DNA from: a virus
Taxonomy: Duplodnaviria > Caudoviricetes
Virus record (IMG/VR): IMGVR_UViG_3300011116_000422
Span: 1-59,627 of that record
Length of the DNA stretch: 59,627 nucleotides
Direction: 5' to 3' (one strand)
A program made the position numbers and the translations under genes. Below the pieces are notes generated by a model. It had not been told where the DNA came from and ran no database searches. It saw nothing but the letters and a program-made list of their open reading frames with translations. Of the stretch, positions 37,149 through 46,731 are shown one piece after another (the stretch's first letter is position 1; every line of letters starts with the position of its first letter).

Positions 37149-37852
37149 TTCCAGTTTTTAAGACTTCTATACAATGTTTTGTATTTATCCCATAAAAGAA
37201 TATTCATTTCTCTACGCATTTCTTCTGCTTCTTCTTTTTCTTTATCTCCACCAAACTCAATTTTCCAATCATCACGCTTAAATGGTATTGCCTGTATGAG
37301 GGGCGTTCCAGCAGGAATTAAACCTTCAAACTTTGGGTCTTTTAATATAAAAGGAAAATTAACGCCTTGATGGTATTTATCTGTATCTACTAAACCTTCC
37401 ATGCAAATAAACCATTCATTTGGTCTATGAATAGGAGGAATAAATAAAGTTGAATAACCTTTTGGAGTTTTTATTCCCCAAGCGTTTATCCATTTAGGGT
37501 ATTGAACTCCATTAGCAAAAGGATGAAGATTTGCTTGTGCTTGAGGGTGATACTCAATTACTTTAGGCATTGAAGTCTCATAATGTGGTTCTCCATCAAC
37601 TTGTGTTACATATAAATCACAAGGAGTGAAAAATAAATATCCTGCACTCATAGCATCAAATACTGGAACACATTTTTTTATTGTTCGCATTGAAGCAGGA
37701 GTTTTAACAGCGGGTCGCTGTGACGGCATTTTCTTATACCAGTCCGGTATTTTTTGTGTTGCAGGAACAGGTCTTGACGATTCATGGAATTTGTAAATAT
37801 TTGTAAAAACTATTTTTTTAACAATAGGTTTTTTAAAAAACATTAGGCTCAC
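37139..37852 (-). CDS. Hypothetical protein, dUTPase-like / DUF6065-like paralog
   Basis: PDWYK, KKCVPVFD...GY, TPKGYS, GLVDTD, GTPLIQ.IPFKR. Confidence 0.7.
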   Translation of the reverse strand: MSLMFFKKPIVKKIVFTNIYKFHESSRPVPATQKIPDWYKKMPSQRPAVKTPASMRTIKKCVPVFDAMSAGYLFFTPCDLYVTQVDGEPHYETSMPKVIEYHPQAQANLHPFANGVQYPKWINAWGIKTPKGYSTLFIPPIHRPNEWFICMEGLVDTDKYHQGVNFPFILKDPKFEGLIPAGTPLIQAIPFKRDDWKIEFGGDKEKEEAEEMRREMNILLWDKYKTLYRSLKNWNYK

Positions 37853-37894
37853 TCCTTAACATGGAATGAGCCTAACATTAAAAACTATAAATTA

Positions 37895-38329
37895 CTACTG
37901 ACCTGTTGCTTCTTTAACTCTAGCAAGTCTTTCTTCTTCGGTTTCTTGAGGAGCCTCAATTACTAAAGAGTCGTTAGAACTTACTGCTTGAATAACAACT
38001 GGTTTTACCCATTCGTTATCAACCCAACGCCATGTTGGTTCAAAGTCACTTGGAATTACAACATGACCTTCGGTTTCATGGATAAAGTAAGTTCTGCGAA
38101 GTTCAATGATATTTCCAAAATCATCTAAAACTCCATAAACAATTAATGGTGCTTCTGACCAAGTTTTTGTCTTTTCGTCGTATTTCATTTTAAGAAATTG
38201 GTCAGGGTTATCAGTAGTTACTTCAATAGCCGTTGTATGGTCAGGAGTAACTGAATGGTCAGGCTCTCCATCAGGAACAATAACGGTTGCAAAACCAATG
38301 CCATCTCGTAATTGAATAAAAGTTTTCAT
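37895..38329 (-). CDS. Hypothetical protein (fibre-associated)
   Basis: ORF coupled to the upstream structural gene. Confidence 0.7.
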   Translation of the reverse strand: MKTFIQLRDGIGFATVIVPDGEPDHSVTPDHTTAIEVTTDNPDQFLKMKYDEKTKTWSEAPLIVYGVLDDFGNIIELRRTYFIHETEGHVVIPSDFEPTWRWVDNEWVKPVVIQAVSSNDSLVIEAPQETEEERLARVKEATGQ

Positions 38330-38793
38330 TAGTTATACTCCACTACTTCCCAGCGACAAGCGCCTGACACTACTAACGATGTTGAGTTTGCAAGATATCC
38401 CTGAACAACTGCCGCTACAAGGTTAGTTGAGCCAGCATTCACATTGTAGTTAGCGGCATTTACGCCTCTAACTAAGTTCCAACTAGGCTGGTTGTTAGCG
38501 CTTACCTGTCCACCCGAGGCACGGTTTACAATTGTGGCGCCTAGAGGTGCAAACCATTCACCAAAGTTCCAAGTTACAGACAATGCCATTCCGGGAATGT
38601 CAACATTGCCGCTTGCCGCTTGTGATAAACCAAAAGAAGCCGAAGTCGTTCCCGAAGAAGTGGTTCCAAATACATTTACGAAAGACTTTGTAATATCAAT
38701 AGCAGTAATAGTTACTGTTCCTGCACCGCCAGCGCTTCCACGCTGAACAGATTTAACAGGAGATGCAATTGCTGGGTAAGTATTAATCGCCAT
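38329..38793 (-). CDS. Minor structural / fibre protein
   Basis: VKSVQRG...TITAIDITKS...WEVVEY. Confidence 0.7.
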   Translation of the reverse strand: MAINTYPAIASPVKSVQRGSAGGAGTVTITAIDITKSFVNVFGTTSSGTTSASFGLSQAASGNVDIPGMALSVTWNFGEWFAPLGATIVNRASGGQVSANNQPSWNLVRGVNAANYNVNAGSTNLVAAVVQGYLANSTSLVVSGACRWEVVEYN

Positions 38794-38795
38794 TG

Positions 38796-39098
38796 TTAGG
38801 AGACCGCCACTCCGCTAATGTGGTAATTAACTGTTACCGCTGAAGCAAGACCTGTAATAACCTTTGTGGTTGTAACAACTTGCTTCATATCCATAATGAC
38901 AGTTGAGTTAGCGGCAATTGCTGTTGTATTAAAGAGGGCTACACCATCTAAAGTAAGAGTGAAAGTTGCCGCTGAAGATGCTGTATTGGTAATAGCAATA
39001 CTTGTAATAATCATTGTGGTTGAAGCCGGGACCGTATAAAGCGTTGCCGCTGAGGTAGCAAAGGCTCCTCGCGCAAACGCGGTAGGTGTATTTGGCAT
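38796..39098 (-). CDS. Small structural protein (TLYTVPA family)
   Basis: TLYTVPASTT...HISGV. Confidence 0.75.
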   Translation of the reverse strand: MPNTPTAFARGAFATSAATLYTVPASTTMIITSIAITNTASSAATFTLTLDGVALFNTTAIAANSTVIMDMKQVVTTTKVITGLASAVTVNYHISGVAVS

Positions 39099-39152
39099 TT
39101 ATATTCCTCTTTCTCGTTTTACCGTAAGGCTTATATTATCAGAATAAGTTAA

Positions 39153-39638
39153 TTAACCGCCGTAAACTCCCATTACGGCAAACATTTCTGCTCCGGCAAT
39201 GTCATCAATTAAGGCAATTGTTCCTGTTACGATAGGCAGGGTTAAAGTTGGAGTTCCAGCGGCGGCAGGTGCGGCAATAGTTATAGCACCTGAAGAACCA
39301 CCATTGACTACAATTGAGCCACCAAAGGATTTATTTGTAAAAGTTTGAGTTGCAGTAAGCAAAGCAACTGTTCCTGTGGCGTTTGGCAAAGTAATTGTTT
39401 GGTCAGCCGTTGGGTCCACAACAGTAAGAAGTGTTTCAAATCCATCATCTGTTGCACCTTCAAAGAAAAGACCAGTTGAACCAATTGTCTTATTTGTAAG
39501 AGTATAGGTTCCTGTTGTTGTTAGAGCGTTAGCCGTAATGTAGGTTTGCACATCGTTTGCAAGATTTTGCATATCCAATGGAATGTTAATTGCATCCGTT
39601 GATGCTGGGTATCTAATACCGCCTGATGTTGTTGGCAT
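39153..39638 (-). CDS. Fibre-like structural protein
   Basis: FEGATDDGFET.L...DPTAD.TITLPNATGTV; TLTNKT repeats. Confidence 0.75.
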   Translation of the reverse strand: MPTTSGGIRYPASTDAINIPLDMQNLANDVQTYITANALTTTGTYTLTNKTIGSTGLFFEGATDDGFETLLTVVDPTADQTITLPNATGTVALLTATQTFTNKSFGGSIVVNGGSSGAITIAAPAAAGTPTLTLPIVTGTIALIDDIAGAEMFAVMGVYGG

Positions 39639-39647
39639 CTATGACTC

Positions 39648-39977
39648 CTAAACGATTTCCACGCCAAAGGCGTTAAATGAAAGACTACCAGATGTCGAAT
39701 AAACTCTAAGGACATCCGCGGCATCCATGGTGATACCAAGTGCTAATTCTGTGGTTGAGTTGCCTGCGATAATAACTTCTCGAGCCACATATTGAGCCAA
39801 GGCATCAACGGCGGCGTCTTTAGCCACGGATACTCGAAAGGTGGTTGAGGTAGAACTTGTATTGCAAACAACGACAGAGTTAATAATTGTTCCTGTTGCA
39901 GACGGAGTTGTGTAAAGGTCTGTAAGGGTCGCGGCGGCAGGAGCAGATTGCCCCAAGACTTTATACGTTAATGCCAT
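39648..39977 (-). CDS. Small structural protein (YKVLGQ family)
   Basis: YKVLGQSAP, LYT.P, SFNAFG.E. Confidence 0.75.
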   Translation of the reverse strand: MALTYKVLGQSAPAAATLTDLYTTPSATGTIINSVVVCNTSSTSTTFRVSVAKDAAVDALAQYVAREVIIAGNSTTELALGITMDAADVLRVYSTSGSLSFNAFGVEIV

Positions 39978-41034
39978 AGGTGTAACTCCTACCTAGTAAC
40001 TGATGAGGTCTATTAGCCGTTGAACGAAGTCTATCAGCCCAGTCGCGCAAAGTATTAGAAAAAGTGGTTGAGCCGAGTGCGCCGTATGTCGCAAATGTGC
40101 TTGCAGTTGCCGCGTAGGTAAAGAATGAGCGAGTAAGCGCACCATAATCATTTCCCGCAACGGTTCGAGTAAGACTTAACAATCTATCTGTAAGCCCTGT
40201 CAAATCATAGTAATCAACTGTTGTTAAAGCATTACCCATTTGTCCGATAAGCGTTCCTACTTGAGAATAAGTCCATGTAAAGGAAGCCCCGGTAATGTTG
40301 TTGTAGTTAGCGTATTCATTTGCAACGTTGGCATAGGTTCCCCATTTTGCCGTGACTGCATAGTTCCCGCCTACCGTTACCGTTCCACCATTAGTTGTTT
40401 CTCTAAGGTCTGTTGAGGTTGCTGTGTAGTTGTTAAGACGGTTCATACGGTCATAGATTTGCTGGATACGAGCATTACTTAAACTCAAACTTGCGGGCGC
40501 GGCATTTGCATAAGTTCCCCAAGTGCTTGCCAAGGTAGCGTAGGTATCAAAGTAAAGATATAACCATTCGTAAGTTGGAGGGATAGGCAAAGTAGTAACA
40601 GGAACAGTAACCCCGGTGTAGTAAGTTTCTTGAGCAATAGTTCTGGCTGTAATGGGAGGCCAAACTTGATAAGCGATTGGCTGAATGTATTCAACAACTG
40701 TTGCATCTAGTCGAATATCAGTAATGTCAACGGAAGCACCTAGAGAAGAAGGCAAGGAAATGCGATAAGTAGAGCCGCCTTCAAATGATTCTTCAAAAAG
40801 GTAAGTGTAGTTTTGCGGAGAAACGTCGGGGTCGTTTGTGATTGGAACTGCAACACTAAAAGCACCATCGACCAAATCTGTTGTAATAACAGTCGGGATA
40901 ATAATGCGGTCAGCGGCTGAATCAATAAGAACCTGTGAAGGATAAATTTTTACTTGACCATCAATAGCCTCGCCTTGAAAGTCTAAATACTGTCCGGTTA
41001 GGGTGATGAGAGTTATATTGCCGGGTAACGCCAT
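39961..41034 (-). CDS. Structural protein with TYA repeats
   Basis: N-terminus paralogous to 41114-41686; repeated [WF]xTYA motifs. Confidence 0.7.
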   Translation of the reverse strand: MALPGNITLITLTGQYLDFQGEAIDGQVKIYPSQVLIDSAADRIIIPTVITTDLVDGAFSVAVPITNDPDVSPQNYTYLFEESFEGGSTYRISLPSSLGASVDITDIRLDATVVEYIQPIAYQVWPPITARTIAQETYYTGVTVPVTTLPIPPTYEWLYLYFDTYATLASTWGTYANAAPASLSLSNARIQQIYDRMNRLNNYTATSTDLRETTNGGTVTVGGNYAVTAKWGTYANVANEYANYNNITGASFTWTYSQVGTLIGQMGNALTTVDYYDLTGLTDRLLSLTRTVAGNDYGALTRSFFTYAATASTFATYGALGSTTFSNTLRDWADRLRSTANRPHQLLGRSYTYGINV

Positions 41035-41113
41035 TACCTATCTCCCAACCAACACGCAATTATTGTAATTACAACAAGACTGATAACCATTTGAACAGGA
41101 GTCATTCCAAACA

Positions 41114-41686
41114 TTAGAATGCCCTTGAAGGATATAGAACTCCATTGTCGGCTATGCCGCCGATTGCTCGAACATAATTGCTCACTAGCGTTCTTGAATT
41201 ATTTGAATTAGTAACTGCCGAACTAAGAGCAGACTGCAAGGATGTTAAAAATGTTGTAACACCTCCCGCTTGATTTTCAACGGTTGTTAAACGACTTACA
41301 TAGTCATTGAACTCCGCGGCGGCAATATAAAGAGCGCCCGTTCCATCATTTGCTACCGCAGGCGAAGTATCTGCTAAATCTACTGTTGCTGTCGCTCTAG
41401 GCAAAAGAATATCAAATTGACGACCACCAACGAATGCTTCTTCTACGAAGTAAGAGAAATCGACAGGTGAAGCATCAGGGTCATCTGTTGCTACAAGTTG
41501 TTTACTGAATGAACCATTAGCATCAAGCGTTACAACGATTGTGCTATTAACAAGAATTACATTTGAGGTAGTGTTACGAAGAACAGCGCGAGGGGTGAAC
41601 TTAACCTGTCCGGCAATAGGCACACCAGAGATATCAATGTAAGTTCCTGTAACTGTAACAAGACTTAAATTACCCGGAATTGCCAT
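41114..41686 (-). CDS. Structural protein (fibre N-terminal type domain)
   Basis: TVTGTY...G.VKFTP...LD..GSFS..L.ATDDPD. Confidence 0.7.
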   Translation of the reverse strand: MAIPGNLSLVTVTGTYIDISGVPIAGQVKFTPRAVLRNTTSNVILVNSTIVVTLDANGSFSKQLVATDDPDASPVDFSYFVEEAFVGGRQFDILLPRATATVDLADTSPAVANDGTGALYIAAAEFNDYVSRLTTVENQAGGVTTFLTSLQSALSSAVTNSNNSRTLVSNYVRAIGGIADNGVLYPSRAF

Positions 41687-41706
41687 GGTCCACCCCTACG
41701 TTTAAA

Positions 41707-41889
41707 TTATTCGGCTGTTGCTTTCTTTACTTTTGGTTCTACTGCTTTTGCTTCTTCTTCTGATACAAAAGTTATGTATCGTGAGCCTTCAAGTGATTTA
41801 GCATTACGCCATCCACTTACGTCAACGATTGTTCCTACTTCTAATTCTTTTCCGTCATTTGTTAATTTCTTGAGGATTTTTGCTTTCAT
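41707..41889 (-). CDS. Small protein after the capsid gene
   Basis: AAGGA RBS; GWRN...L..RYI. Confidence 0.7.
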   Translation of the reverse strand: MKAKILKKLTNDGKELEVGTIVDVSGWRNAKSLEGSRYITFVSEEEAKAVEPKVKKATAE

Positions 41890-41954
41890 TTTATTCCTTT
41901 GCTATGAAAGAAAGGGAGAGCCATTTCTGACTCTCCCCTCCCTTACTAATCGAA

Positions 41955-42932
41955 TTAAGCGACGATTGTTGTCCAGAAGTAACCGAGGTCTGAACCGATT
42001 ACCTTGTTATCAAACGCCATTTCTGCTTCAACGCGTGTTGCCTTGATTGATTCCATACGGAATGATGAAGTTCCGATGTTTGCACCAAGTCCGCCTGAAA
42101 CACCTGTCCAGTTAAATGTATAACCAGCAGATGGTGTAAGCACACCCGGATTCTGAGCAACGTGGCAGAGCATTGCGCCCTTGCCGTATGCGAATGAGTA
42201 AGCGCCAGTAGCGCCTTCCTTGTTTGTTGCCTTAACAGCCTTAGCAACCATAACGCGTGGAATGTCAAACATTGCCGCGAGCATATCGGTTGTGATTGTC
42301 TGTGAAGATGTGTATTTGATACGGTCAACTAGGTCTGGGTGGTTCTTCAACTGACGGAATGTTTCGTATCCAAGAACAAGAGTGTTTGCTTCTTGTCCTG
42401 TTGTTGAAAGAATTGAAGACTTAGCGGCTTCGATATCGTTGATTGGGTCTGAGTTTGTGTAATCAGACCATTGACGAGTTTCACCAGCAGATGGTGAACC
42501 TGAAACGCCAGTTATGTCTGTTCCCCATACACCTGTGGTGAAGAAGTCAGATACGAACTGAAGTTCCTTGCGAAGTAGAAGACGGTGTGTTACGAACTCT
42601 GAAGCCTCGCGAAGTGGATTCAACGGTGCATCTGAGTTAGCAAGTGTCTGGTCGCCGATGTCCTTATGGAATGCCCATACATCTGCGTTATATGTGCCAG
42701 TTGTGAGTGAGTAACCTGAACCTGCTGATTCGGTTGCATCTGCTCGGCGCTGTGCTTCGTCGCGGAACCAGTCATTCTTTGTGTAAACAAAATACTTGTT
42801 TGACTTCTTGTCAACTGGGATTACAGGGAATACCTTATCAGCGATAAAGTTTTCCTGCTTCTGCATGTAAGCAACAGAAATGTTTGTAAGAATCGCATCA
42901 ATGTGCGAATCGGTTAATGTTGGCTGTGGCAT
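41955..42932 (-). CDS. Major capsid protein
   Basis: HIDAILTNISVAY, FIADKVFP..PV.K, W.DY..SDP..DI, L..HP....RIKY. Confidence 0.92.
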   Translation of the reverse strand: MPQPTLTDSHIDAILTNISVAYMQKQENFIADKVFPVIPVDKKSNKYFVYTKNDWFRDEAQRRADATESAGSGYSLTTGTYNADVWAFHKDIGDQTLANSDAPLNPLREASEFVTHRLLLRKELQFVSDFFTTGVWGTDITGVSGSPSAGETRQWSDYTNSDPINDIEAAKSSILSTTGQEANTLVLGYETFRQLKNHPDLVDRIKYTSSQTITTDMLAAMFDIPRVMVAKAVKATNKEGATGAYSFAYGKGAMLCHVAQNPGVLTPSAGYTFNWTGVSGGLGANIGTSSFRMESIKATRVEAEMAFDNKVIGSDLGYFWTTIVA

Positions 42933-42946
42933 TTAAGTTCGGCTCC

Positions 42947-43345
42947 TTAGTTCGCTCGAGTTGGGTTAGCGCAGTTAATTACTGCGGCAACGATGTTTCC
43001 ATCAGCGGCTGGTGCCTCAAGATAAACACCAAGAACATACTTGGTTGTATCTGTAACAGCGAGAGCAACTGCCTTACCTGCGGCTGTTGTTCCGATGTTT
43101 AGTGCAGTTCCTAGAGTTGCCGCGGCTGACGCGACAATCTTTGTTCCGCCTACGATTAAAACAGATGCTTCTGCACCTGATACTGGGTTATTTTGTAGAA
43201 CTCCGATAGGAACATCTGTTGCCGCGGCGACCGCTACAACCTGTCCTGATGAGTTCAACTTCACAAATGTGTATTGCAAAGCAGATAGGTCCGCACCAGC
43301 AACGAAGGTTGCTCTTACGGAATAGTTATTGATTTCGTATGCCAT
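42947..43345 (-). CDS. Capsid decoration/cement protein
   Basis: ADLS..QY.FVKL, PIGVLQN.P..G. Confidence 0.8.
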   Translation of the reverse strand: MAYEINNYSVRATFVAGADLSALQYTFVKLNSSGQVVAVAAATDVPIGVLQNNPVSGAEASVLIVGGTKIVASAAATLGTALNIGTTAAGKAVALAVTDTTKYVLGVYLEAPAADGNIVAAVINCANPTRAN

Positions 43346-43348
43346 TTT

Positions 43349-44245
43349 TTATTTAGCACCCTTCTCGGTGAGGTATTGCTTGTAAAGGTCTGTGTTCGCT
43401 AGTGCGGCATCAGCCATTGCAACTTCGAATGAAGGTGCTACGCCTGAATCAACTGCCGCCTTTGCTAGAGCAGATAGACGGTCGTAAGCATCTGTTGCAG
43501 ATGAATCGACTGACTTTCCAATTTCAGCAAATAGGTTTGATGTTTTTGCTTGCTCATTGACTGCAATTAGGATGCCTTCAATGCTTTTTGCTAGTCCTTC
43601 GTCAATCATTGCTAAACGACGAAGTGCTGGACCGACCTTCTCTGCTTCCAAAGGAAGATTGTTCCAATTCTTTGCTTTCGCAACTGCTTCTGCATCTGCA
43701 TGAGCGTCGCGTTCCTTTTGTAGAGTAGCAATTGCTTCGTCAGCGCGAGCCTTCTCTACTGATGCGGCCTTCTCAAGCATGTCAAGCATCTTGACTACTG
43801 CTTCAGGTGCTGATTTCTTCATATCGCGAAGACGTGCCATGTATTCAGCGTCAGTCTCATCAGGGCTCTTAGCAGGGTCAGTGTTCTTCTTTGCTTTAGC
43901 CTTTGCGAGTTCTTCTTCTAATTCGGCAATCTTTGCATCAATAGTTTCAGAAGTTTCTTCAACTACTGCTTCCGTTGCAACAGGTGCGTCTGTTACTTCA
44001 GGAGTAACCGCGTCCTCTACAACTACTTCAGTTTGTTCGGACACTGAGTCCTCCTTGATGATTGTGGTTGGTAATCCATTGCTATCAGCAACGGAATCTG
44101 TGTTTGTGAGTGAATTAATGACCGATTCAATTTCTTCAGCGTTAGCAGACTTCATAACAAGCCAACCTTCAGAAAGATGTGCCGGATGGTCCACTCCGCT
44201 TGTTTCATCAACAGCAAGGCGTATCATTTTTGTTGCCTTCGCCAT
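43349..44245 (-). CDS. Capsid scaffold protein
   Basis: Acidic coiled coil before decoration and capsid genes; DETSGVDHPA N-terminus; FAEIGKS. Confidence 0.75.
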   Translation of the reverse strand: MAKATKMIRLAVDETSGVDHPAHLSEGWLVMKSANAEEIESVINSLTNTDSVADSNGLPTTIIKEDSVSEQTEVVVEDAVTPEVTDAPVATEAVVEETSETIDAKIAELEEELAKAKAKKNTDPAKSPDETDAEYMARLRDMKKSAPEAVVKMLDMLEKAASVEKARADEAIATLQKERDAHADAEAVAKAKNWNNLPLEAEKVGPALRRLAMIDEGLAKSIEGILIAVNEQAKTSNLFAEIGKSVDSSATDAYDRLSALAKAAVDSGVAPSFEVAMADAALANTDLYKQYLTEKGAK

Positions 44246-44430
44246 TATTTCCTCCATACTGGGTATTATTCATTTGAGTAAATAATATAACCCAACCTTG
44301 TAAATCGGTAGTAAAAGGCTATCACGGAGGTAAGTGTTTCTTGTGTCTGAAACACGATTGGAAAGACGAATACGCCCAGCAGTTGTCTTAACGTGAATGG
44401 CTGTTCCGGTTTGAATCGTTTTAGCCATTA

Positions 44431-44628
44431 TTACTCAGATGCTAGGCGAGGCTTTGTTGTCTTTCCTGTGTTCTGAGCAACTGTAACTGTTGCCTTGTTA
44501 CCCTTACCATAAACAACAACAAGTGTAGTTTGGTTAGTTACTGAAGCGATACGAGCAGGACGAAGAACGCCGCTTGTAGGCTTTACCATAATTGTCTGGC
44601 CCTTGCGAAATTTTTGTTCTGTAATCAT
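44431..44628 (-). CDS. Small basic hypothetical protein
   Basis: GGGGAG RBS. Confidence 0.7.
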   Translation of the reverse strand: MITEQKFRKGQTIMVKPTSGVLRPARIASVTNQTTLVVVYGKGNKATVTVAQNTGKTTKPRLASE

Positions 44629-44647
44629 TTAACTGCTCCCCTTGCTG

Positions 44648-45073
44648 TTAAGGTCTTTGCAACGATTCGCCAAGAAATTTGACGTCTTGCCTAATGTCTT
44701 TAATTTTAAATGACAAAGGTGTTTGCGAACCAACGACCCGCTGTGCCGCACTATCTAAAGCCAAGTGAGCATTCATAAGTCCTTGAGCGCTTCCAAGAGG
44801 GGTCGGTGATTTTGCCGCTGATGAAAGTCCTATTTTTGCTTGCGCAATATCTCCAGCAATTTTTGGCTCTTTTGGCAACTCATCAATTTTAGAATTAATA
44901 GCATCTAATTTAGGTGCAAGGTTTCTGTGTAGTGCCGCCGCACCATCGCTACGCGCAGGAGCGCCCGCGCCCGCGCCTGAGCCTCCAGTTGAAAAACGAC
45001 CACTTGCACCATCGCGATATGGGTTGGCTTTCTTAATAGCCGAAACAACAAATTCATAAAGTGCAATAGCCAT
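44648..45073 (-). CDS. NPY-tagged protein with unknown helical domain
   Basis: KKANPYRDGASGRFSTGG. Confidence 0.8.
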   Translation of the reverse strand: MAIALYEFVVSAIKKANPYRDGASGRFSTGGSGAGAGAPARSDGAAALHRNLAPKLDAINSKIDELPKEPKIAGDIAQAKIGLSSAAKSPTPLGSAQGLMNAHLALDSAAQRVVGSQTPLSFKIKDIRQDVKFLGESLQRP

Positions 45074-45588
45074 TAGAGTGTCTCGCTAAATGTTGCTTTT
45101 AATTGCCATTCCCATTTTTCAAGCATGTCAATGCGCTCGCTTAAGAAGTTGATAAGACCTTGCTCATCTTCTTCTGTTGCTATCTCTAAGCAATTCTCTG
45201 TGGATTCTTCTAGCGCTTCAATTGCGTTGTATAAATCCTTAACCATTTGAATAGCATTCATCGGCATAATTACAGGGTCTTCAATAGTTCTGTTCTTCAT
45301 AAAGTCAGATAGACCGCATAGCGAATCTTCTTCTAGTTTGCGTAACCATTCGCCTGTCGGGTCAATCGAACCATAAAGGTCTTCATAAATTTCTTGAAAG
45401 AAATTGTGATAGGCCGCAAAGTTAATTCCTTTTACGTTCCAGTGATATCCATGAGCGCGGTGATAAACGGTGACTGTATTAGATAAAAGAATACGCAGGC
45501 TGGTAATCAAATCAACAGGAGTTTCCTCCATGTCCATTTGTTCTACGCCTGTGTCTTCAGTCTGAACTAATAACCAGTCCTCAGCCAT
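45073..45588 (-). CDS. dps: Dps / ferritin-like protein
   Basis: HGYHWNVKG..F...H.FFQEIYE, E.LRKL, KWEWQL. Confidence 0.88.
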   Translation of the reverse strand: MAEDWLLVQTEDTGVEQMDMEETPVDLITSLRILLSNTVTVYHRAHGYHWNVKGINFAAYHNFFQEIYEDLYGSIDPTGEWLRKLEEDSLCGLSDFMKNRTIEDPVIMPMNAIQMVKDLYNAIEALEESTENCLEIATEEDEQGLINFLSERIDMLEKWEWQLKATFSETL

Positions 45589-45598
45589 TGTCAACCTC

Positions 45599-45796
45599 TC
45601 AGTTTTGGTTCGGAATCTCGTTAGGGATATCGAACTCGCCGCCCTTGGCTCGAATTTCTTCAACTTGCTTTGTTATAAGGTCCCATTGTGCCACCTCTTT
45701 AGCGTTTAGAGGTTGCAAAAGTGATTTGTTTTGACTAATACCTAAAAGTATTTCCAAATACATGCGTTCTACGCGTGGCTTACTACCATCCATCAT
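45599..45796 (-). CDS. Small protein, putative antitoxin of the zeta-like kinase
   Basis: 65-aa ORF with ATGA overlap directly after the kinase. Confidence 0.6.
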   Translation of the reverse strand: MMDGSKPRVERMYLEILLGISQNKSLLQPLNAKEVAQWDLITKQVEEIRAKGGEFDIPNEIPNQN

Positions 45797-46731
45797 TCAT
45801 TACCTTTCGCTAGAAACTCGTTGTAGGTTTTTGGGTCAATGACGTCAATTGCTCCCTTAGTGCCTGAAAGAATCAAACGAGTTTTTCCTCGTATTGAAGT
45901 GTCGTATAACTTGACGCTATCAAACTTGTGAACAATTGCCGGGAAAGTTTGAGACACACCAACGTGGGTTGCTCGAACAACTTCATCCGGAACAAATCGA
46001 CCCGTTCTTTCTCCGCGCTCTCTAGCGTTCTTAATTGCTAGGTCTGTTGGCAAAGTTACATAGTGAGCCTCTACTTTATATCCGGCATTGCGAGCGGTAT
46101 CAATCTTTTTATTCATAGAAGCAGGTGAGGTATCTCCGGTTCCATCAAGCAAAACGTTTTGTTGTCTTTCAATAGCCGCGGCTTGTGTGCGTTTTGCTAA
46201 GTAAGAAGATTCTTCGTGTGTGAATTGCGCTCTACTGCTTCCGGCGGTTTCCCACTCAGGTAATTTTTCTTTACAAAGGTCAGCGTTTACCTCGACTGAG
46301 TTAGGAGCGATATCTAATTCACCATTTTTGAGAAGTGAAGATTTACCAGCGGCTGGTCCGCCACCCATAACTGTGTAAGTTGGGTCATCAGAACTTGGAA
46401 CACCATCGACTGACTCAGCAACAATCTTGTCGTGTAGTGCTTGACGCTCTGGAGTAAACATGTAGTTACCATTTGCATCTTTTACAATGTGAGGAGAGGC
46501 AGACCCACCTTGCATTTCTGCAACAGTGCCTTCAGATAGTGGAATGTCTCCCATACCTTTACGGGGGTTAGTGCTTGGAGCAACACTTGAACTTGCTCCG
46601 CCGCCCGCTCCTCCGCCGCCTGTTGTAAAGCGCCCGGTTGAACCATCGCGATAAGGATTAGCCTTATCAACTGGTTCGGATACAACGGTCAAGTCGCCTG
46701 CCTTCATAGTGAATCTTTCGCGAGGCTCCAT
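45793..46731 (-). CDS. NPY-tagged zeta-toxin-like P-loop kinase
   Basis: GGGPAAGKS, NADLCK, HEESS, LLDGT, R...TGRFVP. Confidence 0.85.
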   Translation of the reverse strand: MEPRERFTMKAGDLTVVSEPVDKANPYRDGSTGRFTTGGGGAGGGASSSVAPSTNPRKGMGDIPLSEGTVAEMQGGSASPHIVKDANGNYMFTPERQALHDKIVAESVDGVPSSDDPTYTVMGGGPAAGKSSLLKNGELDIAPNSVEVNADLCKEKLPEWETAGSSRAQFTHEESSYLAKRTQAAAIERQQNVLLDGTGDTSPASMNKKIDTARNAGYKVEAHYVTLPTDLAIKNARERGERTGRFVPDEVVRATHVGVSQTFPAIVHKFDSVKLYDTSIRGKTRLILSGTKGAIDVIDPKTYNEFLAKGNE

